IMG/VR virus record: IMGVR_UViG_2902247982_000002
Span: 18,319-82,318 of that record
Strand: one strand, 5' to 3'
DNA: 64,000 nucleotides
Source: a virus
Shown here: piece after piece, positions 1 to 8,972 of the stretch
How positions within the stretch are numbered: the first letter of the stretch is position 1
Layout of the letters: every line of letters starts with the position of its first letter
Made by a program: the position numbers and the translations under genes
Notes under the pieces: generated by a model
What the model was told of the DNA's origin: nothing
The model's input: the letters and a program-made list of their open reading frames with translations, nothing else
The model's database searches: none

Positions 1-510
1 GTCGATGCGCTGCTGTCGGGTCTATCCGGTGCGAAAGCCGCTATCCATGCGGGTTACAGCGAAAACGGGGCGGCCCAAGCAGCCGCCCGATTGATGCGTG
101 ACAAGCATGTTCTGGCTGCTCTGGGGCGCATAGCCGAAGTTAACAAGACAGTTAACAAAAAGACGGTTAACAAAAAGGGCAAGGCGCAGCCTCCGGCGGA
201 GGAAACAACCCCGCCCGATGTAGCGCCGCCGCCAACCGCCGATGGAAGCCCCATGGGTGGAATCGGCCTCAAGGCCCTGGGCCTCACCTCGGATCCGCGG
301 ACGGTGCTGGTGGCCATCATGAACGATGCGAGCGAGGAACCGAAGCTGCGGCTGGAGGCGGCTAAGGCCCTGATGCCGTTCACGCACGGGAAGGTTGCAG
401 ACCAAGGCAAGAAGGACGCGCAAAAGGACGCAGCAAAAAAGGCGGCTGCTGGAGGGCGGTTCAATCCACCGCCGCCGCCGACGCATCTGCGCGTTGTCGG
501 GAAGGGCTAA
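1..510 (+). CDS. terS: Terminase small subunit (5' partial)
   Basis: Frame open from base 1 (VDALLSGLSGAKAAIHAGYSENGA...), with AAIxAGYS HTH motif; directly upstream of terL. Confidence 0.85.
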   Translation, partial: VDALLSGLSGAKAAIHAGYSENGAAQAAARLMRDKHVLAALGRIAEVNKTVNKKTVNKKGKAQPPAEETTPPDVAPPPTADGSPMGGIGLKALGLTSDPRTVLVAIMNDASEEPKLRLEAAKALMPFTHGKVADQGKKDAQKDAAKKAAAGGRFNPPPPPTHLRVVGKG

Positions 511-513
511 GTC

Positions 514-2214
514 ATGTCCTGGACAACTGCGTGCCCAGACTGGGCGGATCGACTGCGGGCGCGCAAGTCGATCATTCCCCCCCCAATCTTTCCCGGCCAG
601 GCCGAATATGCGTTGAGCATCTTCAAGCAGTTGAAGGTGGTTGATCTACCCCAGGTCTATGACGAGGACATAGAGGCATACCGGCACCAGACATTCGGCG
701 AATGCTCGGAGGAATGGGTGTTCGACTTCGTCCGCGCCATCTTTGGCGGCTATGAGGCTGACACGGGTAAGCAGCTGATCCGCGAGTACGGCTTGCTCAT
801 CAGCAAGAAGAATACGAAATCGACTATCGCTGCCGGCATCATGCTGACCGCGGTAGTCATCTGCTGGCGTCAGGAAGAGGAACACCTGATCCTGGCGCCG
901 ACGAAAGAGGTGGCCGACAACAGCTTCAAGCCGGCTGCGGCGATGGTGCGGGCGGATGAAGAACTGTCCGAAATGTTCCACGTACAGGATCACGTGCGAA
1001 CCATCACGCACCGCGTCACACGCAATAGCCTGAAGGTGGTTGCCGCCGACACGGACACCGTGTCGGGGAAGAAGTCGGGCCGGATCCTCGTTGACGAGCT
1101 TTGGCTGTTCGGTAAGCGCGCGAATGCCGTGGCGATGTTTCTTGAGGCGCTGGGCGGCCAGATATCGCGCGATGAGGGATGGGTGATCTACCTGACCACG
1201 CAAAGCGACGAGCCGCCGGCGGGGGTGTTCAAGGAGAAGCTGTCCTACTGGCGCGATGTGCGAGACGGAAGGGTGATAGACCCGAAGACGTTGGGCATCC
1301 TGTACGAGTTCCCGGAAGACATGATCGAGGCCAAGGCGTATCTCGATCCGGACAACTTCTACATAACCAATCCAAACCTTGGGCGCTCTGTGAGCGCCGA
1401 ATGGTTGGGCGACCAGCTCAAGTTGCTGCGCGCTCGGACTGATGGAGCATTCCAGCAGTTCCTGGCCAAACACCTGAATGTCGAAATCGGGTTGAACCTC
1501 CGTTCCGACCGCTGGGCCGGCGCGGACCATTGGGTGCCGCGCGGGCAGCGCGTGTTGACGCTTCGCGCGCTGCTGGAAAGATCTGAGGTGGTGACTGCGG
1601 GTATCGACGGCGGCGGCCTGGATGACCTGCTCGGGCTTGCATTCATCGGGCGCGAGCGCGGAACCGGCAATTGGCTCCATTGGGGGCGTGCCTGGGCCCA
1701 TCCGTCTGTGCTGGAGCGGCGAAAGGAGATTGAACCCAGATTGCGCGACTTTCAACGCGCCGATGAACTGGTGATCGTGGGGCGCATCGGAGAGGACACC
1801 GCCGAACTGGCCGCCCTGGTGCGGGAAGTCTACGACGCGGGGCTCTTCCCAGAGAAGAACGCAATCGGGGCTGACCAGAACGGAGTGACGTTCAACGACG
1901 CGCTGGTGGAGGCCGATATTCCCGAGGATTTGATTGTCGGCGTGTCTCAAGGCTGGAAGCTGGGAGGCATTATCAAGACGGTCGAACGAAAGTTGGCGGA
2001 AGGCACGTTTTTGCACGGCGATCAGGCGCTGCTGGCCTGGTCAGTTGGAAACGCGCGTATTGAGCAACGGGCCAATGGCATCTTGATCACCAAGCAGGCA
2101 AGCGGGACCGCCAAGATCGACCCGCTTATGGCGCTTTTTGACGCCGCGCAGCTTATGGCATTGAACCCGGCGGCCGGTGTCCGAAAAATTCAACAGGGAT
2201 TCGTGGTGATGTGA
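514..2214 (+). CDS. terL: Terminase large subunit
   Basis: Walker A-like ISKKNTKST, Walker B ILVDELW, nuclease GIDGGGLDDL and KIDPLMA motifs. Confidence 0.95.
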   Translation: MSWTTACPDWADRLRARKSIIPPPIFPGQAEYALSIFKQLKVVDLPQVYDEDIEAYRHQTFGECSEEWVFDFVRAIFGGYEADTGKQLIREYGLLISKKNTKSTIAAGIMLTAVVICWRQEEEHLILAPTKEVADNSFKPAAAMVRADEELSEMFHVQDHVRTITHRVTRNSLKVVAADTDTVSGKKSGRILVDELWLFGKRANAVAMFLEALGGQISRDEGWVIYLTTQSDEPPAGVFKEKLSYWRDVRDGRVIDPKTLGILYEFPEDMIEAKAYLDPDNFYITNPNLGRSVSAEWLGDQLKLLRARTDGAFQQFLAKHLNVEIGLNLRSDRWAGADHWVPRGQRVLTLRALLERSEVVTAGIDGGGLDDLLGLAFIGRERGTGNWLHWGRAWAHPSVLERRKEIEPRLRDFQRADELVIVGRIGEDTAELAALVREVYDAGLFPEKNAIGADQNGVTFNDALVEADIPEDLIVGVSQGWKLGGIIKTVERKLAEGTFLHGDQALLAWSVGNARIEQRANGILITKQASGTAKIDPLMALFDAAQLMALNPAAGVRKIQQGFVVM

Positions 2215-3554
2215 TGGGACTACTCTCCAAATTCTTAGGCAGTGGCAGCGCCGAATCGCCGCCACAGGCGGACCGGAAAGAGCCGGTATTCGCCAACCTA
2301 GCCGACGGGGAAACGGTCTCGTCGTCCGATATCCGGATCTTCGAAGTGTTCGGCGATCCCCGCACGGCGGCCGGCGCTGTGGTCAACGAGAAGACCGCTA
2401 TGCGCGTCTCGGCGGTGTATGCCTGCGTGTCGCTGATCGCGGGGTCCATCGCCCAGCTGCCGCTACCAATCTTTGAGCGCGTCAGCGGGTCGCGGCAGCA
2501 GGTCGATCACCCCTACTGGTGGATGCTCAACGAGGAATTCTGCCCAAACTGGGTGGCTTCGGCAGGCTGGGAATTTCTTGTTACCCAGATGCTGTTGCGC
2601 GGCGATGGGGTCGGATACACCACCCGAAACCGCGCCGGCGCGATGACGGGCGTTATTCCGTGGCCCCGCGATCGGGTTGATATCCGGGAGCAGGCACGCG
2701 AAAGCCCGCGAGAACCGCGGCGGCTCCAATACACGTTCCACGACGAGAAGGGATATTTCACCGTCGACCAGGATGACGTCATTCATCTTCCCGGCTTCGG
2801 TTTCAACGGCGTGAGTTCCATGTCGGTGATTCAGTGGGGGGCACGCAACGGTATAGGGATCGCAATCCAGGGGGACGAGCACGCGGGCAAGTTTTTCAGC
2901 GAAGGTGGCAAGCCGGAAGTAGCGATCAAGGCGCCGGCTGCCATGTCCCCCGACATGCAGGAGGATTTCCGGGCCGCCTGGGTGGCGAAGTATGGCGGCG
3001 TCCAAGGTAACCGGCGCATTCCGTTGATCCTGACCGAGGGGCTGGATATCAAGGAATTGACCATGTCGGCCGTGGACCAGCAACTGCTGGAATCCAGGCA
3101 ATGGCAGGTGATCGATATTGCCCGCGCTTTCGGTGTGCCGCCGCACATGATCGGTGAAATGACGAAGGCGAGCAGCTGGGGCAGTGGCATCGAGCAGATG
3201 GGTATCGGCTTCGTGAAATACACGCTTGCGCCCCACCTGAAGCGCATCAAGGCCGAATTGAACCGGAAACTGTTCCGCACCGCGCGCTACTTCACCGAAC
3301 ACAACGTGGACGGGCTGATGGCTGGCGATTCCAAGGCCCAGGGCGAGTACTTCTCTAAAGCGCTGGGCGGGCCAGGCACTCAGGGCTGGATGTCGGTGGA
3401 CGAAGTGCGCCGTTTGAAGAACCTCCAGCCGCTGGGCGGTGCGTTTGACCGACCAACCCTTGCTGGCGCTGCGCAGGGGGCGGCGCAGCAACAAGACGAT
3501 CAAGACAGGGAAACCCAAGATGAAAATTCCGAAACTGCTTCAGCTGGCGCGTGA
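2211..3554 (+). CDS. HK97-type portal protein
   Basis: AVYACVSLIA, IARAFGVPPHMIG, GWMSVDEVR motifs; follows terL. Confidence 0.95.
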   Translation: MMGLLSKFLGSGSAESPPQADRKEPVFANLADGETVSSSDIRIFEVFGDPRTAAGAVVNEKTAMRVSAVYACVSLIAGSIAQLPLPIFERVSGSRQQVDHPYWWMLNEEFCPNWVASAGWEFLVTQMLLRGDGVGYTTRNRAGAMTGVIPWPRDRVDIREQARESPREPRRLQYTFHDEKGYFTVDQDDVIHLPGFGFNGVSSMSVIQWGARNGIGIAIQGDEHAGKFFSEGGKPEVAIKAPAAMSPDMQEDFRAAWVAKYGGVQGNRRIPLILTEGLDIKELTMSAVDQQLLESRQWQVIDIARAFGVPPHMIGEMTKASSWGSGIEQMGIGFVKYTLAPHLKRIKAELNRKLFRTARYFTEHNVDGLMAGDSKAQGEYFSKALGGPGTQGWMSVDEVRRLKNLQPLGGAFDRPTLAGAAQGAAQQQDDQDRETQDENSETASAGA

Positions 3555-4260
3555 CAACGCCTCGGGCGCCAAGCCGTTGCGCGCCGAGACCGACGCGGGC
3601 GAGGCCACCATATACCTTCACGGAGTTATCGGGGGATGGTGGGGCGACATTGACGCGACCGAGTTCGCCAAGACGCTGAACGCCATCAAGGCGGAAACCA
3701 TCCATCTGCGGATCAATTCACCTGGTGGCGACGTTTTCGACGCTCGCGCCATGATGACCGCGATTCGCCAGCACTCGGCCAAGGTCATCGGCCATGTTGA
3801 CGGCTTGGCCGCCTCTGCGGCGACGGATATCTGCATGGCCTGCGACGAGGTGGAAATCACCAAGGGCGCTTTCTTCATGATCCACAACGCCTGGACGGTC
3901 GCCATTGGCAACAAGGCCGACATGCGTGAAACGGCGGACCTGCTCGAAAAGGTCGACGGCGCGATCACCGCTGACTACCAGACGCGCACCGGCCAGAAGG
4001 CCGACCAGGTGAAAGCATGGATGGACGCCGAAACCTGGTTCAGCGCCGAAGAAGCGCTGGAGCATGGCTTTGTGGACCGGATTGTCGAGGCGGCCGGGAA
4101 GAAGGCGACGGCGTCGAACACCTGGAACCTCGGCGCATACGAGAATGCGCCCAAAGCCTTGACCGAGCCGCAATTGCCGGCTGTCGATGACGCCAAGGTG
4201 CAGGCTCTCAGAAACGATCTTGAGCGGCGGTTTTCGCTGATCGAGGCAACACCTGCTTAA
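3520..4260 (+). CDS. ClpP-like prohead protease
   Basis: INSPGGDVF, GLAASAA, FMIHNAW, ETWFSAEEA; ATG at 3520. Confidence 0.93.
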   Translation: MKIPKLLQLARDNASGAKPLRAETDAGEATIYLHGVIGGWWGDIDATEFAKTLNAIKAETIHLRINSPGGDVFDARAMMTAIRQHSAKVIGHVDGLAASAATDICMACDEVEITKGAFFMIHNAWTVAIGNKADMRETADLLEKVDGAITADYQTRTGQKADQVKAWMDAETWFSAEEALEHGFVDRIVEAAGKKATASNTWNLGAYENAPKALTEPQLPAVDDAKVQALRNDLERRFSLIEATPA

Positions 4261-4286
4261 GCGGCTCCCGCTCGCAGGACAACCCT

Positions 4287-4310
4287 ACCGCCCTCGGGCG
4301 GTTTTTTTTT
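4287..4310 (+). terminator. Intrinsic terminator-like hairpin upstream of capsid gene
   Basis: ACCGCCC-TC-GGGCGGT followed by a T run. Confidence 0.75.
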
Positions 4311-4330
4311 CGACTGAAGGAAACCACACT

Positions 4331-5569
4331 ATGGCTTTCAATCTGCAAGCCGAGCGGGAGCGCCGCAACGCGCTGGCCAAGGAAACCCGCGCCCTGCTGG
4401 ACAACAATCCCGGCGCCAACTGGAACGACGACCACCAGAAGAAGTACGACGACAACACGGCGGAAATCGAGCGTATCGACGCGGCCATCGAACGCCATCA
4501 GAAGATGATGGATCTGACGGCCGAAAACGATCTGCAAAATGCCGGCGTGCGTGAACACGACGTGCGCCCGGGCGCCAACAAGGGCCGGCCCGTTGATGTG
4601 GCGTTGTTCGACAAGTGGTGCCGTGGTGGCGACAACGCACTGTCCGCGGAGGACTGGACGCATGTGCGCAACGCCATGAGCGGCAATCCGTCGGTCAATC
4701 CGGAGCAGGGCGGCTATACCGTTCCGACGACGGTCGCAACCTCCATCCTGGACGCACTCAAGGCGTTCGGCGGCATGCGTGCGGTTGCCAACGTCTTCTC
4801 GACCGGCGGCGGCGAGCCCATGCAGTATCCGACCAGCGACGGCACCAACGAAGAAGGCGAAATCGTCGCCGAGAACCAGTCGGCCAGCGACCAGGACGTG
4901 TCGTTCGGCACCAAGGGCCTGTCGGTGTACAAGTTCAGCTCCAAGGTGGTGACCGTCCCGTGGGAGCTGCTGCAGGATAGCTCCTCGGACATCGAGGGGT
5001 TCATCCGGCAGCGCCTGCAAACGCGCCTGGGCCGCGTCACCAACCGTCATTACACCGTTGGCCCCGGCACCGCCGGCCCGACCGGGGTCGTTACCGCCGC
5101 CACTGTCGGCAAGATCGGCGCGGTCTCTGCCACGCCTGTCATCACCTATGACGACCTGGTGGACGTGGAACACAGCGTGGATCCGGCCTATCGCCTCGGC
5201 GCCAAGTGGATGTTCCATGACGACATGCTCAAGATGGTGCGCAAGATCAAGGACGACCAGGGCCGGCCGATCTTTGTGCCTGGCTACGAGCAGGGCAACC
5301 CCGGGGGCGCTCCGGATCGCCTGCTGAACCGCGATATCCAGATCAACCAGCACATGCCGCAGCCGGCTGCCGCCGCGAAGTCGATCGCCTTCGGCGATTT
5401 CAGCCTGTACAAGATCCGCGACGTTATGGCGATCACGCTCTTCCGCTTCAACGACTCGGCCTATGTCAAGAAGGGCCAGGTGGGCTTCCTGGCGTGGATG
5501 CGCTCGGGTGGCAACCTGATCGACGTCGGCGGCGCGGTCAAGCTGTTCCAGCACGGGGCCGCCGCTTAA
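4331..5569 (+). CDS. Major capsid protein, HK97 family
   Basis: GGYTVP, ELLQDS, IAFGDFS motifs; coiled N-terminal delta-domain-like region. Confidence 0.95.
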   Translation: MAFNLQAERERRNALAKETRALLDNNPGANWNDDHQKKYDDNTAEIERIDAAIERHQKMMDLTAENDLQNAGVREHDVRPGANKGRPVDVALFDKWCRGGDNALSAEDWTHVRNAMSGNPSVNPEQGGYTVPTTVATSILDALKAFGGMRAVANVFSTGGGEPMQYPTSDGTNEEGEIVAENQSASDQDVSFGTKGLSVYKFSSKVVTVPWELLQDSSSDIEGFIRQRLQTRLGRVTNRHYTVGPGTAGPTGVVTAATVGKIGAVSATPVITYDDLVDVEHSVDPAYRLGAKWMFHDDMLKMVRKIKDDQGRPIFVPGYEQGNPGGAPDRLLNRDIQINQHMPQPAAAAKSIAFGDFSLYKIRDVMAITLFRFNDSAYVKKGQVGFLAWMRSGGNLIDVGGAVKLFQHGAAA

Positions 5570-5635
5570 GCGACCATGTAGCCAACCTGCGCCGGAGGGC
5601 GAGTGCCCCCGGCGCAATTTAGCAAGGACGAAACC

Positions 5636-6019
5636 ATGGCACGAAAAGTGGCACAGCCGGCCCCGGTCGGCGAGGAATCGGAAGCGCCTGCGGCGTTGGT
5701 GCCCACGGAGGGCGCCAGCGGCGAAGCGACACCGGGCAGCAATATTCCGGCGGACCAGAACGACGGCGGCGCGACTATCAATGTTTCGGAGGGAGGCGAC
5801 CCCGGCGCTACGCTGGCAGCGCCGCCGGAGGAAGCCGCGCTCGCCGCCGCCGCTCCGCCTCCGGGCGAGGGCGAGTCGGTTCGCGCGCTGGTGTTGCACG
5901 ACAGCATTTACGGCAAGTGCGGCGAAGTCCGCGAGTTCGACGCTGCACTGGTGGCGGCGCTGAAGGACGCGGGGTACATCGACCCGCACCCCAATGCCGT
6001 GGCCTCGGTGGGAGGGTAG
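5636..6019 (+). CDS. Hypothetical head-associated protein
   Basis: AAGGA RBS before ATG 5636; between capsid and connector. Confidence 0.65.
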   Translation: MARKVAQPAPVGEESEAPAALVPTEGASGEATPGSNIPADQNDGGATINVSEGGDPGATLAAPPEEAALAAAAPPPGEGESVRALVLHDSIYGKCGEVREFDAALVAALKDAGYIDPHPNAVASVGG

Positions 6020-6021
6020 GC

Positions 6022-6441
6022 ATGCTGCGCCTGATCACCGCCGCGACACAGGAGCCGGTGAGCGTGGAGCAGGCGAAACGGCTCTTGCACATCGACCATG
6101 CTGCGCTGGACGAAGAAATCCCCGGTGTGATTTCGGCCGCCCGGGAGATTGTCGAGCGGCGCACAGGCTACGCGTTGGCAGAAGCTTCCTACGAGTGGAC
6201 GCCGGTCGGGGGGCGCGTGGACCCGTTGCCGATATGGCCGGGCCTGATAACCAGCGATGCCGGCGTGTACCCGATCTTGTTCTCCGCCAAGCCAGGGCCC
6301 GCGCCGTGGGCGTTGAAGCTCGCCATTGTGATGCTGGTGGGCGATCTTCTGGAGAATCCGGAGGGTGGCGGAGAGAAGGTGCTTCACCAGAACCCCGCGT
6401 TTGCAAAGCTGGTGTTTCCTTTCACCCGGGTGCTGCCATGA
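6022..6441 (+). CDS. Head-tail connector (gp6-like)
   Basis: EPVSVEQAKRLLHID...LKLAIVMLVG pattern; synteny. Confidence 0.85.
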   Translation: MLRLITAATQEPVSVEQAKRLLHIDHAALDEEIPGVISAAREIVERRTGYALAEASYEWTPVGGRVDPLPIWPGLITSDAGVYPILFSAKPGPAPWALKLAIVMLVGDLLENPEGGGEKVLHQNPAFAKLVFPFTRVLP

Positions 6442-6791
6442 GCGCCAACGAGCGGAATCGCCGCATCCAGGTGCAGCGTCGGTCGGGGGGCACCGACGCC
6501 GCCGGCCAGCCGCTGGATGACTGGGTGAACCATGGGGAGCCGCTGTGGGCGGGCATTGCGAATGAGACCGGCTTGGGCGCCATCAGGGCGAACTTGCAGG
6601 CAAACGTGTCCGCGTCCATCGCACGCTATAGCTTTCTGGTGAGCTTTGATGCTGTGCGGGAATTGGGCGTAGATGAAGGAATGCGCGTGATGCATGACGG
6701 TGTCGCCTTTGCTGTAAAGGGGCTGACGCGCGACTTCAAGGATCGCCGGAGGGCATACCTTGTATGCGAACAAGGGGGCGAGGATGGCTAA
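6438..6791 (+). CDS. Head-tail adaptor/stopper
   Basis: RRIQVQR...DAAGQP..W motif; ATGA overlap with previous gene. Confidence 0.85.
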   Translation: MSANERNRRIQVQRRSGGTDAAGQPLDDWVNHGEPLWAGIANETGLGAIRANLQANVSASIARYSFLVSFDAVRELGVDEGMRVMHDGVAFAVKGLTRDFKDRRRAYLVCEQGGEDG

Positions 6792-7281
6792 CGGCATTCA
6801 GGCAACATTTGACACCTCCGCGTGGTCGACTGGTCTGGATCGGCTCTTAGGGCCGGCCCGGGTCAGCTTGGCGCGCTCGATGGCCGTTGCAGGCGGCGAA
6901 GTGCTGAGGGACGAGGCTAAGGCGCGGGTGAACATCCACAACGGCGTTCTGGCCGACGCCCTCTATCTCGCCTTCCGGGAGAACCGATCTACCGACAAGG
7001 AAGTGCAGTACGCGGTGACCTGGAACAAGCGGAAGGCGCCCCATGGTCACCTGGTCGAGTTCGGCCACTGGCAGATCTATGCCGTGATCCGGAAGCCTGA
7101 CGGCACCTATGTCACCGACAAGCGCCGAAAGCTGGCCTCTCCCAAGTGGGTGCCGGCATACCCGTTCCTTCGTCCAGCCTTTGAAGCGGCCGGCGCTCGC
7201 GCCCAGGCGGCGATGATAAAGCGTGGCAGGGAGAGGTTGCCGGAGCTGCTGGCCGGGCAGGAGGTGGGGAATGTCCCTTGA
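6784..7281 (+). CDS. HK97 gp10-like neck/tail protein
   Basis: HLVEFGH and PAYPFLRPAF motifs. Confidence 0.85.
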   Translation: MANGIQATFDTSAWSTGLDRLLGPARVSLARSMAVAGGEVLRDEAKARVNIHNGVLADALYLAFRENRSTDKEVQYAVTWNKRKAPHGHLVEFGHWQIYAVIRKPDGTYVTDKRRKLASPKWVPAYPFLRPAFEAAGARAQAAMIKRGRERLPELLAGQEVGNVP

Positions 7282-7627
7282 TTCGAGACTGAAGAACCTG
7301 CTCGCGCCGCTGGTGTCGGGGCGGGTGTACCCAGATGTCACCCCAGACAAGCCAGAATTTCCCCTCATCGTGTATCAGGGCGTCGGCGGGCAGGAACAGT
7401 GGTACGTCGAAGGGAAGCGGCGCGAGACGCGGCACCGGCGGGTACAGATCCACGTATGGGCCGAAACGCGCTTGCATGCCGAGGCGATAGCTGACCAGGT
7501 CGCCACGGTGCTTTGCGAAAGTGACTTTCCTGCCGTGGAGCCCTACGGCGCGCCGACCAGCCTTTACGAAGAGGTCATCAAGAAGCGGGGAACCCGCCAG
7601 GACTTCGGCATTTGGTATCTCCCCTAG
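7271..7627 (+). CDS. Tail terminator (DUF3168-like)
   Basis: GRVYPD..P...FPLIVY and VQIHVWA motifs; synteny. Confidence 0.8.
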   Translation: MSLDSRLKNLLAPLVSGRVYPDVTPDKPEFPLIVYQGVGGQEQWYVEGKRRETRHRRVQIHVWAETRLHAEAIADQVATVLCESDFPAVEPYGAPTSLYEEVIKKRGTRQDFGIWYLP

Positions 7628-7650
7628 TTTTCCCCTCGCAACAAGCTCTC

Positions 7651-7676
7651 GCCCGGCACGCGCCGGGCTTTTTTTT
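7651..7676 (+). terminator. Intrinsic terminator-like hairpin upstream of major tail gene
   Basis: GCCCGGC-ACGC-GCCGGGC followed by T8. Confidence 0.75.
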
Positions 7677-7687
7677 GAGGATTCGAT

Positions 7688-8341
7688 ATGTCTTCCATTT
7701 TCATCAACGGGTCGCAATTCCGCGTTTCGAAGACGCTCGCGCAGGCGGTGGCGATCAGCGCGGTAACGAATGGGATCGACCCGACCGCGACGACCGCCAC
7801 CCCGCCCACGGCTGGCGATGTGCTGGTGCTGGCCTCGGGCTGGCCGGCTCTGGACAATTCCGTTTACCGCGCGTCGGGTGTGACGGCTGACGGATTCAAG
7901 ATCGAAGGCGCGGACACCGAAGACCTGCGTCTGTATCCGGCTGGCCAGGGCGCCGGCACCTTCCGCAAGGTCAATGACTGGGTCAGCCTGGACCAGATCA
8001 CCGATGTGCAGATCACGGGCGGCGAGCAGCAATACCACACGTTCCAGTACACCGAAGATCCGACCGGAAAGCAGCAGCAGAAGCCTACGGTGAAGACGCC
8101 GACGGTCCTGACGTACACGGTCGACTACGACCGCAAGAAGCCCTGGTACAAGGCGCTGATCACTGCCGACCGCCTGCGCCAGCCGGTCGTGCTGGAGACC
8201 ACCTACCCGGACGGCAGCGTCACGTACTACTACGGCTATCCCTCGTTCCGCAAGGAAGCGACGGGGGGCCAGAACGTCAACCTGCAGAACACCTTCACGC
8301 TGTCGCTGGTTGCTGACACCGTGACCTACGACGAGGCCTAA
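7688..8341 (+). CDS. Major tail (tube) protein
   Basis: GDVLVLASGW, GGEQQY motifs typical of Phage_tail_3 proteins; synteny. Confidence 0.88.
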   Translation: MSSIFINGSQFRVSKTLAQAVAISAVTNGIDPTATTATPPTAGDVLVLASGWPALDNSVYRASGVTADGFKIEGADTEDLRLYPAGQGAGTFRKVNDWVSLDQITDVQITGGEQQYHTFQYTEDPTGKQQQKPTVKTPTVLTYTVDYDRKKPWYKALITADRLRQPVVLETTYPDGSVTYYYGYPSFRKEATGGQNVNLQNTFTLSLVADTVTYDEA

Positions 8342-8343
8342 GC

Positions 8344-8655
8344 ATGACGTTCATCATCAAAGGAAATCCTGTCATCGAAGCCAAGGTGACGATCACCGGG
8401 CAGGGCCGGACGCAGACGCTGGAACTGGCGTTCCGCCACAAGACCGGCGACGAGTACCGCGCCCTCATGGCGAAGGTGGAAAAGGGCAAGCTTAGCACCG
8501 ATGCCCTGCTGCTGGAACTCATCGAGCGCTGGAACGCGGATATGCCGCTGGATGAAGCCGGCATCGTCGCCCTGCGGCAGCACCAGCCCGGCGCGGATCT
8601 GGCCATCGTCCAGGCCTACAACCGAGCGCTCCAGGTCGAACTGGGAAACGGGTAA
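8344..8655 (+). CDS. Tail assembly chaperone (G analogue)
   Basis: Between tail tube and tape measure; ends in slippery G GGA AAC. Confidence 0.85.
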   Translation: MTFIIKGNPVIEAKVTITGQGRTQTLELAFRHKTGDEYRALMAKVEKGKLSTDALLLELIERWNADMPLDEAGIVALRQHQPGADLAIVQAYNRALQVELGNG

Positions 8656-8969
8656 GGGCGGCGGTGGCGGCGTTCTATTGGACGCCGCCATCTGCGCAGG
8701 CGCTTGCGCTGGCGGGCATCCGCTCGCGGCCTTCGCTGTTCAAGCGGCCGCCGGTGGAGGTTCCGCCGGAATTGGCGGATGCCTTCGCGCTTTTTGTGCG
8801 CAACCAAACGCAGTGGCGGGTCGGGGCTGGCGGTCCCGTTGGTCTGGACTACCTGGCTATGTATGCAGACCTGCAATTGCACGGGGTGCCGCGCAAGCGG
8901 CAGCGCCAGGTCATGGAAATGCTTCGGATGATCGAGCGGGCCGCCCTGGAGTATCTACACAAGAGCTGA
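8643..8969 (+). CDS. Tail assembly chaperone T segment, expressed by -1 frameshift
   Basis: -1 frame from GGGAAAC is open into the 8664-8969 ORF; TQWRVG...GLDY motif. Confidence 0.85.
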   Translation, partial: GKRVRAAVAAFYWTPPSAQALALAGIRSRPSLFKRPPVEVPPELADAFALFVRNQTQWRVGAGGPVGLDYLAMYADLQLHGVPRKRQRQVMEMLRMIERAALEYLHKS

Positions 8970-8972
8970 ACT

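Noticed and set aside
4208..5989. Long antisense ORFs (also 646-2016, 39595-41532, 47221-48453, 53843-54919)
   Set aside because: Shadow frames of well-supported genes in high-GC DNA; no motifs or RBS
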